From positions 1 through 26,775 of the forward strand of contig DAOWIM010000082.1 of the NCBI GenBank assembly GCA_030640905.1: a DNA stretch of 26,775 bases, given 5' to 3'. The stretch comes from a bacterium. GTDB taxonomy: Bacteria > Zixibacteria > MSB-5A5 > GN15 > FEB-12. This document shows positions 1-7,086 of this stretch, in pieces. Position numbers and translations under genes: made by a program. The notes below the pieces were generated by a model that was not told where the DNA came from, made no database searches, and saw nothing but the letters and a program-made list of their open reading frames with translations. Position 1 is the stretch's first letter, and each line of letters begins with the position of its first letter.

Positions 1-1
1 C

Positions 2-307
2 GTTCCGACGAATAACCGTAGCGTGGAAATTTCTTCCTATCGGCAGCTTGTCCTTGCGATGACCAATCATCACCGGAGAATCAACCAGCAACCGGGCCAA
101 CTGCTGCAACTCCTCACCTGGAAACCGCCCGCCAAAGCTGTTGACTTCGTCCGACGCAATAAACATTGCCCGGATAAAAACATCATCCGCCTTAACCGGA
201 TCAGGGGGAGCAACATTTGTGTTGATCAGCTCAACTAAATTATTGGTGACCCTGGCCTCTTCCGCCTCGGCCAACGCGGCATGGATACGTCCCAAACTGG
301 CTTCCAT
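2..307 (-). CDS. Phage prohead (capsid maturation) protease-like protein, N-terminal 102 aa, runs off the left edge; absent from the ORF track
   Basis: ATG at 307 with GGAG upstream; frame open to the edge: MEASLGRIHAALAEAEEARVTNNLVELINTNVAPPDPVKADDVFIRAMFIASDEVNSFGGRFPGEELQQLARLLVDSPVMIGHRKDKLPIGRNFHATVIRRN. The D-x-N..RF..L..L..P-V-x-x-GH....PIGR pattern resembles caudoviral prohead proteases, and the gene lies downstream of portal and terminase. Confidence 0.7.
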   Translation of the reverse strand, partial: MEASLGRIHAALAEAEEARVTNNLVELINTNVAPPDPVKADDVFIRAMFIASDEVNSFGGRFPGEELQQLARLLVDSPVMIGHRKDKLPIGRNFHATVIRRN

Positions 308-337
308 CTGCACTCCGAATTCTGTTTTTACTAAGTC

Positions 338-356
338 CTGTTCAACTTTTGAACAG
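338..356. promoter_or_regulatory. Perfect inverted repeat CTGTTCAA-ctt-TTGAACAG (TGT-N11-ACA); candidate enhancer-binding-protein site
   Basis: Read directly from the sequence. It lies about 135-150 nt upstream of a sigma-54 promoter and a near-identical copy occurs at 3721-3739. Confidence 0.55.
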
Positions 357-488
357 CAGCAGGTTGCCACCATTTTTGTGCACAGCTTTGCCGAGCTAAG
401 GCCTTGTAGTCAAAGCACTACTTTATGGACAAGCCCCTATCCCCTTGTCAGGTCGATCTTTAGGGGTGCGGTAATGTTAAATAAACGG

Positions 489-504
489 GGGCACTCGATT
501 TGCT
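489..504 (+). promoter_or_regulatory. Sigma-54 (RpoN) -24/-12 promoter
   Basis: GGGCAC-TCGAT-TTGCT: GG at 490-491, GC at 502-503, exact GG-N10-GC spacing, 43 nt upstream of a PEP-CTERM start. PEP-CTERM genes are known to be sigma-54 associated. Confidence 0.8.
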
Positions 505-546
505 TTCAAGAACATAGATAATTTAATTAACAGATGGAGTAGAGCC

Positions 547-909
547 ATGGTCGTTTACAGAAACAGCAGCAAAGCACCGTTGAAATGGCTGGTAGCCATG
601 ATCATTTTTCTGCTGGCCATGACTGTTACCTGGGCAGACGTTGAAGGGATAGAAGTCAGCTCTGGTCGCCACGCGCCTGTTTATCAAGAACAGTCCACAA
701 TGCCGATTCAGCCTGGCAGCAACACCAGTTGGCTGGAAAGCAGTTCCGACACCTATCATGTCACCTCGTTACCACCGACTTATTCAGATTTTCAGCAAAG
801 CCCAACCAACGGTGACCCGACGGCGGTACCGGAACCTGGCACAATGCTGCTACTTGGTAGCGGCCTGACTGCGATCTACCTGGCAAGAAAGAAAAACATC
901 TCGTCCTAA
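547..909 (+). CDS. Small PEP-CTERM sorting-domain protein (120 aa, Ser/Thr/Pro/Gln-rich)
   Basis: N-terminal signal peptide (KWLVAMIIFLLAMTVTWA); C-terminal VPEPGTMLLLGSGLTAIYLARKK (PEP, TM helix, basic tail); GGAG upstream of the ATG. Confidence 0.92.
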   Translation: MVVYRNSSKAPLKWLVAMIIFLLAMTVTWADVEGIEVSSGRHAPVYQEQSTMPIQPGSNTSWLESSSDTYHVTSLPPTYSDFQQSPTNGDPTAVPEPGTMLLLGSGLTAIYLARKKNISS

Positions 910-940
910 TAATATCCCAACTCTCCCCACCTTAACTCGC

Positions 941-978
941 ACGCCTTTCGAGCTCCCACCTTGAAAGGCGTTTCTTTT
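941..978 (+). terminator. Rho-independent terminator after the first PEP-CTERM gene
   Basis: Stem ACGCCTTTCGAG / CTTGAAAGGCGT (one G-U pair), 7-nt loop, followed by TTCTTTT. Confidence 0.6.
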
Positions 979-984
979 GGGCCG

Positions 985-2325
985 TCAGGCCCGCCCAACT
1001 CGGGGAGCAGGCTGAGCCACTCTTTCCTTGCGTAGCGGCCAGATTGCCAGGGCCAGCGCCATGAGGGCGTCGCACTCATTGTTACTGTCCCAACGCGCCT
1101 GTCGTAACTCATCCTCCAGCGACCACACCCGGCCCGGCCCATCGGGTAGTTCCCAGCGATCATACGCAATCTCTCCCCTGGCATGGAACAGCTCAACATT
1201 GGTAAGAAGTTCGGCCTTGGTCCGAGGCGAAAAAATCACCGCTTCGGGATTGTACTCCTTCAATTGCTCCACGACCACATCGCCAAGACCGGTAGCATCG
1301 ACAATCAACTGACCGGGGTACTCATTCTGCCGCCGCTTGATATGTTCAATCACAACCGCCCAGTCAAACAGACGAAACCGCTCCAGCGCAATAACCCGCG
1401 CCATACCATCGACAAGCTCAACAGTAATCCCGACCGTCGCCGTCTTCTTCCGCGCCAGGTCCCACCCGCTCAAATAGACCGGAGGATGCAGAATGTCTCC
1501 CCGAGGCGAACCTGCCCCGGCCATTGCCGCCAGCGCTGCGTCAACATACTCACCCCTGAGAATTTCACCGCCGGAATCAACAAACTGCCCCATGACGTTC
1601 TGCTGCGCCCGTGACTCCGAGAAATACCGCAACCGATCTTCGAGAAACTCCTGTGAGATGAAACAGTTTTCCCGACTGTCGCCCGACTGATAATAACCAT
1701 CGCGTTTGCCATCAATGATATCGCGGGCCCGGCGATAGAACCAGTTCTTGCCATTCGGCGTTGAGACCAGATCGAGCTTCCCTTCGCGGTCGGCCAGTCG
1801 CATCTGGATAACATTCTCAACAACATATTCCGGATCGGCCTCAAACGCGACTTCATCAAAAATGAAAAGATCGTAGTCGTTACCCAGCAGGTACTCGCCA
1901 CGGTTCTGCGTCGAGCGGGCTTCCACCCGACTACCGTTACCAAATTCAAGACGTGGGTAGGGCGTTCGCGTGGACGACACCACCAGACATTCCAGAAAAT
2001 CGGAGCCATGGATCATGCCGATCACATGAGAATAGATTATCTCGGCTTGATCCTGCGTAATTGACGCGGTGACAATTCGATACTTTCCAACTCGATCATA
2101 CTTGAGGGGACGCACCCTGAATAACGCATGGTGAATGATCTTGATCGCCGAAACAAATGATTTCCCCCAGCGATTGCCGGTAACCAGAACATTCTCCTGC
2201 CGGTGCGAATTGCTCAACCATTCCTCCTGACCGGGATGAAGGTCGATCTTGAGAACAGCCGATGCAAAATATCCCCAATCGGTAATCGCACGACGCCAGT
2301 CAATCGCGTCGTAGAACGTCTTTAT
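985..2325 (-). CDS. terL: Phage terminase large subunit (ATPase + RNase H-like nuclease); about 446 aa from a probable ATA start at 2325 (ORF track starts at TTG 2217)
   Basis: Q motif LHPGQ 17 residues before Walker A GNRWGKS; Walker B LFIFDE; coupling motif VSTP; nuclease acidic residues in WDLARK, IVDATG and CDALMALALA. Confidence 0.93.
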   Translation of the reverse strand: MKTFYDAIDWRRAITDWGYFASAVLKIDLHPGQEEWLSNSHRQENVLVTGNRWGKSFVSAIKIIHHALFRVRPLKYDRVGKYRIVTASITQDQAEIIYSHVIGMIHGSDFLECLVVSSTRTPYPRLEFGNGSRVEARSTQNRGEYLLGNDYDLFIFDEVAFEADPEYVVENVIQMRLADREGKLDLVSTPNGKNWFYRRARDIIDGKRDGYYQSGDSRENCFISQEFLEDRLRYFSESRAQQNVMGQFVDSGGEILRGEYVDAALAAMAGAGSPRGDILHPPVYLSGWDLARKKTATVGITVELVDGMARVIALERFRLFDWAVVIEHIKRRQNEYPGQLIVDATGLGDVVVEQLKEYNPEAVIFSPRTKAELLTNVELFHARGEIAYDRWELPDGPGRVWSLEDELRQARWDSNNECDALMALALAIWPLRKERVAQPAPRVGRA

Positions 2326-3602
2326 ATCAGCCCCTGCGCCTTCTGTCGAGCCGCCTCCTCATCTATCAAACCGGCCTGATAGAGCTTGAGAATATTGTCA
2401 ACACGGCTGTTTTCGATAGTCATCTTTTCGGTCGCTTCATAGGCAAAAGTATTGTCAAAAACAAAACGGCACTTGCAATCGGACCCGGCCAGCGCCAACT
2501 CGACATTGCCGATCCACTCCATAAATCGAGCCACCTCAGCCTGAATCGACTTCACCTGCCGCATGACGACATCGAACTTAAAACTCGACCATGTGTTGGT
2601 TGCACCATAGGAGTAACCGAGCAGGAACGGAGCCAGGTTGGTCCCGGCGCAGATGTCCTCAATCATCGCCCGATGATTCAGAAACCACGCATTGGAGCCT
2701 CCTCTACTAGTCTTCGGCCCAACGTGTTCTATTTCAACATTGTTCCACGTAACCGGGTTGTCATCGACCTCGCACGACTTTATCATCGAAACGGTCGAAT
2801 CGAAATAGCCGTTGATACGGTCAACATACGCCTGATCACTCTCGCCGGACATCCGCTCCGGCGGCGTCACCTTCACATGCAACCGGTGGAACCCGGCGTT
2901 GTGGTTAGCCCGACGCATATCATCGACCAACTGCTGCTCAATGTAGGAAACAAACGGAACGGCCTGCAACACTGACCGACCAAGCGGCTGCGAAGGCCCC
3001 CCGCTCAGTGGGATGGAATAGAAATCGGTACGACTCAAATCTATCCGGGCAGAGTCTGACTCAAGAAACAGTCGCGGCTTGCCGCTGCTGTTGTCGCAGA
3101 GCAAGTCGGCCGAGTCGACCGGAACAAAACGGTCAACACCCGACCCGTCCCGATGAACCGTCAGGAACCCCCCAAAGATGCCATCCCGAAAAAGTATGGT
3201 GAAAAGATCGGGAAGAAAAGCTGCAACCCCTTGCCGGTTACCATCGCCGGCACCGGTGGCATAGACACGATCAGCCAGTCTCTTCAGCCGAGCGTCCGCC
3301 CTCTCAGTTGACACTCCTTTTTCGTCTCCAACAATCCGGTACTCCCCCGGCGCCGCAGCCAGCCGGCCCCATGTCCAGATACACGAACTTACAACCGGGA
3401 TATTATCGCTGAGAAACCGATAAAGCTGAACCCGGTATCGCCCGGAGAGCACATCGGTGTTGGCAACCCGAAGCATTGAGCCAATCTTCCCAGCCGACCG
3501 GAACCCGCTCCGTTTCTCATCAACCCTGATCATATCAATCCGATTCGTCGGCTGCTGCGCAGTTGCCGCCGGACTTTCGGGAGTCAATTGCTTGCTTCTC
3601 AT
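2322..3602 (-). CDS. Phage portal protein (about 426 aa; ATG 3602 preferred over 3641)
   Basis: Portal-like segments LYRFLSDNIPVVSSCIWTWGRL, PLGRSVLQAVPF and IEDICAGTNLAPFLLG, and C-terminal LYQAGLIDEEAAR. Size fits a portal, it is adjacent to TerL, and AGGCAGG lies upstream of ATG 3602. Confidence 0.8.
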   Translation of the reverse strand: MRSKQLTPESPAATAQQPTNRIDMIRVDEKRSGFRSAGKIGSMLRVANTDVLSGRYRVQLYRFLSDNIPVVSSCIWTWGRLAAAPGEYRIVGDEKGVSTERADARLKRLADRVYATGAGDGNRQGVAAFLPDLFTILFRDGIFGGFLTVHRDGSGVDRFVPVDSADLLCDNSSGKPRLFLESDSARIDLSRTDFYSIPLSGGPSQPLGRSVLQAVPFVSYIEQQLVDDMRRANHNAGFHRLHVKVTPPERMSGESDQAYVDRINGYFDSTVSMIKSCEVDDNPVTWNNVEIEHVGPKTSRGGSNAWFLNHRAMIEDICAGTNLAPFLLGYSYGATNTWSSFKFDVVMRQVKSIQAEVARFMEWIGNVELALAGSDCKCRFVFDNTFAYEATEKMTIENSRVDNILKLYQAGLIDEEAARQKAQGLI

Positions 3603-3720
3603 CAATACCTGCCTTTTTTGACTCTCCGCACCGCTACGCATTCAACCCCAATATTAATCACTTTTTGCTCTCTCGCATTGTGCACATAGGCGACTTTCGC
3701 TACGCACCAGATCACACCAT

Positions 3721-3739
3721 CTGTTCAATAAGTGTACAA
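3721..3739. promoter_or_regulatory. Imperfect inverted repeat CTGTTCAA-taa-GTGTACAA (TGT-N11-ACA); candidate enhancer-binding-protein site
   Basis: Left arm identical to the repeat at 338-356; lies about 107-124 nt upstream of the second sigma-54 promoter. Confidence 0.55.
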
Positions 3740-3843
3740 AAATGTGCATTTCACTTCTCACTCTCAGAAAAGCGCAAATCGCCACCACCGCCCCATCTTA
3801 TTGCACAACAGGACATTAGAGCGGTTCGCCTTTTGAGAGCTGG

Positions 3844-3859
3844 CGGCACCGGGATTGCT
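3844..3859 (+). promoter_or_regulatory. Sigma-54 (RpoN) -24/-12 promoter
   Basis: CGGCAC-CGGGA-TTGCT: GG at 3845-3846, GC at 3857-3858, exact GG-N10-GC spacing upstream of the second PEP-CTERM gene. Confidence 0.8.
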
Positions 3860-3897
3860 ATACAACACTGTGTTGGGTAAGATATATCTGGTTCGTA

Positions 3898-4734
3898 ATG
3901 CAAACTGAGGACAAACAACTAGTGAAGACTTTTCTGATTGCTACCACTTTGATACTACTGAGTAGTTGCGCCTTTGGTTTTGATTTCTACTACGACGGCG
4001 TTTTTGCCGATAACTCCAGCCCGTTCGATTTTAATAACAATACGGCTCCTATCAACTATCCGACCGGAGCAGGTCTCCCCTCGCCTGGGACACAGGGTGA
4101 GGGCGGCGAGGGCTTCGACCTCGAAGGGTTGCGGGTAGCCGAAAACGGTGATTATATCTATATCGCTTTAGCCAATTCCTTTGGATGGGCCGCGCACTCT
4201 ACCACATATAACCAAGACTTCTGGATGGGTGACCTCTTCATTGGCATTGATGGCGCTGATTACAGTCTGGCCATCGATATTCAGGAACTGACCTATGGCG
4301 CTTCCGGTTCGACCCGAATGTACGATGTCTCGGGCGGCAACTGGAACGGTATTCCGTCGATATTAGGTGGCTACGGCAATGACTCCTACCCATATGCCAG
4401 TATTGTGGACGCCGTGGGCGCTTTCGATAAAGGCGACAACAGTCAGGCCAATATGAGCAGCGAAATCGATGTTTATCTGGGTATGATAGAAGGTTACGAA
4501 GAAGACTTTGGCGCTCTCGCGTCTGATGGCGGTGATACTTACGTCTGGGAATTCCGCCTCCACCGCTCGCTCATTGGTGATTTCAAGAACCTGGAGTTCC
4601 ACGCCAGTCTGGCCTGCGGTAACGACGTTCTCGAAGGCTCATATACAGCTACAGCCATTCCAGAGCCGGCCACGGCGCTTCTGTTTGCCCTTGGCATGGC
4701 CGGAGTTGCGGCATACCGGCGACGCCGGAACTGA
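3898..4734 (+). CDS. PEP-CTERM exosortase-dependent surface protein (alternative start GTG 3922)
   Basis: Signal peptide KTFLIATTLILLSSCAFG; Asp/Gly/aromatic-rich body with a GDLFIG motif; C-terminal IPEPATALLFALGMAGVAAYRRRRN; GAGGA at 3907-3911 favours the 3922 start. Confidence 0.93.
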   Translation: MQTEDKQLVKTFLIATTLILLSSCAFGFDFYYDGVFADNSSPFDFNNNTAPINYPTGAGLPSPGTQGEGGEGFDLEGLRVAENGDYIYIALANSFGWAAHSTTYNQDFWMGDLFIGIDGADYSLAIDIQELTYGASGSTRMYDVSGGNWNGIPSILGGYGNDSYPYASIVDAVGAFDKGDNSQANMSSEIDVYLGMIEGYEEDFGALASDGGDTYVWEFRLHRSLIGDFKNLEFHASLACGNDVLEGSYTATAIPEPATALLFALGMAGVAAYRRRRN

Positions 4735-4761
4735 TATCGGCCGATAACCCAAGTTTTTCCG

Positions 4762-4792
4762 AAGAGGGAACCACCGGTTCCCTCTTTTTTTT
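4762..4792 (+). terminator. Rho-independent terminator
   Basis: AAGAGGGAACC-acc-GGTTCCCTCTT perfect stem running into a T8 tract. Confidence 0.9.
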
Positions 4793-4827
4793 GCCTCAGG
4801 AATCGGCCAAAACGGTAAAAATTGAAT

Positions 4828-4855
4828 TTGACCGCCCGGCCACACTCTCTATATT
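4828..4855 (+). promoter_or_regulatory. Putative sigma-70 promoter for the TPR lipoprotein gene
   Basis: TTGACC-N16-TATATT, directly after the terminator and about 45 nt before ATG 4901. Confidence 0.5.
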
Positions 4856-4900
4856 CTCTTGCGTTAGCTTTTGGATAAAACCACCGATATCAATGGATAT

Positions 4901-6379
4901 ATGATGCTCAAACTATTAAGTGCAATTCTGGCGGCCCTGATGCTCGTTTCGGCCTGTTCCGATAACGAAGCAGTCCGCCTCCGTTATCAGGCCGAGAAAG
5001 ACCTTTACCAACTCGACCGAAAGATGCGCGACATCCGGCAGGCCGGCGAGATCGACTCAACTGTAATCCGACAACTCGCCGCCGATTACCGACAGCTATC
5101 CGATTTCTGTGCGGAAGCAACCGTATCGATCGATGCCGAACAGTATCCGGTAGAGAACCGCGAGTTATCACATCTGACTTTTCGATCGTTCATTCGTCTG
5201 TCGCAGCTCTACTTCAACACGCGCCAGTACGACAGTTGCACTTCCCAGTTGGGACGTCTGCTCTCAACAGTGAAGTTGGTCGGCCATGAGCAGGCGGTGG
5301 CACGGATGAACCTCGGACAGGCTCTTCAGGCTGGCGGTAACCTTGACAGTGCCGCAGCTGTTTTTGATCGCATCACCGATGATTTCTACCCGCCGATTGA
5401 TGACACCGGTGCCGTGCTTCTGGACCTGTTCAATCTCCCGCTGCACACCTATCGCCTCGCTGGCTACGTCTTTGACTCAACGGCGCGGGCCGAGCGATAT
5501 TCCAAAACCGAAAGTTACTACCGAAAGGTGGTAGAAGATTATCCCGAAACGAAACTTGAGATGACCGGCCGCAGCAACCTGGCTCGTCTCTATGAGAATA
5601 ACGGCGAGTGGGAAAAGACTATCGCGGAGTTGGAAGCACTCAACAAAATGACCGAGACGGATAATAAAATCATCAGAGTGAAAATTGCAGATATCCTGAC
5701 AACCCGTCTCAAAAAATACGACACAGCGCTCGCCCTGTATGGTCACATTCTGGAAACCATACCGCAACAGGACAGTCTCGACTACGCTCTGATTCTATTC
5801 AAAACGGCAATCGTAAAAATGGAACAGAAAAAATACACCGAGGCCAGAGAACTCGTTGTTGATGTCCGCCAGAAATACGCCGTCTTTTTTGCCCGCACAC
5901 CTCTGGCTCAACTTACCATAGCGCGCTCATTTGAATTTGAAGGCAACTGGAACAGGGCAGAGGTAGAATACGGTTTCTTGATCGAACAGTATGCCACCTC
6001 CGATGAAGCTCTGGCTTCATTTCTGCACATTGCCGATTACTATCGCGCGAAGAACCGCCCCACTCTGGTAGACAAGTGGCTCAACGATGCCGAACAGCAC
6101 TACGAACAAATGGAGATTCGAGGCGCTGGATCGCAACTGGGAGCAAAGGCTCTCATCTTCAAGGCCGATCTATACGAACGAAAGGAACAGCCAGAAAAAT
6201 CGGCTCGCGTTCTAATGGAACTCTTTGACCGATATCCACAGACCGAACCGGGTCGGCGAGGCCTGTTGAGCGCCGCCAGAATATTCCGTGATCGGCTGGG
6301 AGATCAAGCGACTGCCGATTCACTGGTCCAGGTATTGAAAACGAGCCTGACTCAACCCATCGGCAAATTTGAAATTTAG
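4901..6379 (+). CDS. Tetratricopeptide-repeat lipoprotein
   Basis: Signal peptide with lipobox (MMLKLLSAILAALMLVSAC); many TPR-like helical pairs (e.g. ARMNLGQALQAGGNLDSAAAVFDRI, LARLYENNGEWEKTIAELEAL). Confidence 0.85.
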   Translation: MMLKLLSAILAALMLVSACSDNEAVRLRYQAEKDLYQLDRKMRDIRQAGEIDSTVIRQLAADYRQLSDFCAEATVSIDAEQYPVENRELSHLTFRSFIRLSQLYFNTRQYDSCTSQLGRLLSTVKLVGHEQAVARMNLGQALQAGGNLDSAAAVFDRITDDFYPPIDDTGAVLLDLFNLPLHTYRLAGYVFDSTARAERYSKTESYYRKVVEDYPETKLEMTGRSNLARLYENNGEWEKTIAELEALNKMTETDNKIIRVKIADILTTRLKKYDTALALYGHILETIPQQDSLDYALILFKTAIVKMEQKKYTEARELVVDVRQKYAVFFARTPLAQLTIARSFEFEGNWNRAEVEYGFLIEQYATSDEALASFLHIADYYRAKNRPTLVDKWLNDAEQHYEQMEIRGAGSQLGAKALIFKADLYERKEQPEKSARVLMELFDRYPQTEPGRRGLLSAARIFRDRLGDQATADSLVQVLKTSLTQPIGKFEI

Positions 6380-6445
6380 GACCTTTTCAACCACTGGGAT
6401 GTATGAAGACGAGAAGAAATCTTTATGGCACATATTGGAGGAACA

Positions 6446-7015
6446 ATGAAAACAACCGCTAAATTTGGATTAGCCCTGCTGATCCTGTTACCGAATATCT
6501 GCTTGGCTCAACAAGACACATTCGGCAAGCTGGATACTATGTATGCCGACGTAGCCAGAGTTGATTCATCAACCTGGTCAATCACTATCAGCTACGACAA
6601 CGACGAGGATGTCGAAGGGCTGACCGTTGCCCTGAAAATGACCGCCGGAATGACCAAGATAGTAGCTGATTCGGCAATATTCACCGGGGGACGAGTGGAG
6701 CATTTCAGTTACAAGGGATTCCGGCCCGACTCAGCTATTCAGTGCGTAACTCTCGGAATGGTGGCCAACCTGGGACCGATCGACAAATATCTCGCAGCAG
6801 GGACTGGTCGCCTATGCACAATTTTTGTCTCTTCGCTGGGGGATCAGGCTGTTGAAAAACTGATGATCGACACGACCACGACGCAACCAGCCAACACACT
6901 GATGGCGATTGCCTATCCCTACCAGCACCAGGGAGACAAGATCGACACGATTCCGATAGATCGTCGCCGCGAACTTGAAATCCATCCAGCCTGGGTCGTC
7001 AAATACGTTGAGTAA
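6446..7015 (+). CDS. Secreted beta-sandwich protein, cohesin-like
   Basis: GGAGG at 6438-6442 before the ATG; signal peptide; beta-rich pattern (ITISYDNDEDVEGLTVAL...DSAIFTGGRV...GTGRLCTIF) resembling cohesin-like domains. Family assignment is by eye. Confidence 0.55.
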   Translation: MKTTAKFGLALLILLPNICLAQQDTFGKLDTMYADVARVDSSTWSITISYDNDEDVEGLTVALKMTAGMTKIVADSAIFTGGRVEHFSYKGFRPDSAIQCVTLGMVANLGPIDKYLAAGTGRLCTIFVSSLGDQAVEKLMIDTTTTQPANTLMAIAYPYQHQGDKIDTIPIDRRRELEIHPAWVVKYVE

Positions 7016-7028
7016 CAATCTGGACTCC

Positions 7029-7058
7029 AAAAAAAACCCGCCACCGGCGGGTTTTTTT
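7029..7058. terminator. Bidirectional Rho-independent terminator between convergent genes
   Basis: A8-CCCGCC-acc-GGCGGG-T7. Confidence 0.92.
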
Positions 7059-7086
7059 GTGCCCAAGAAATTGTCCAACACCCTAC

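Noticed and set aside
2217-2229. AGGAGG 5 nt upstream of TTG 2217 as the true TerL start
   Set aside because: It is explained by the codons CAG GAG GAA (QEE), and starting there would delete the Q motif. A secondary internal start cannot be excluded.
2320-2361. Programmed -1 frameshift producing a portal-TerL fusion
   Set aside because: The TerL frame is -1 to the portal and open back to 2358, but there is no X XXY YYZ slippery heptamer in the portal frame. The ATAA overlap is the simpler explanation.
4901-6379. PrsT, the PEP-CTERM-system TPR lipoprotein
   Set aside because: Context is suggestive, but it is much shorter than I recall for PrsT, and no exosortase or prsK/prsR is in the window. 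Left as a generic TPR lipoprotein.
6426-6441. Sigma-54 promoter at TGGCAC
   Set aside because: No GC at the -12 position (AG instead), and it overlaps the ribosome-binding site.
4771-7047. Two terminators share a CC-ACC-GG loop core
   Set aside because: The match is only 7 nt and the stems differ. This is likely a preferred loop or chance, not a repeat family.
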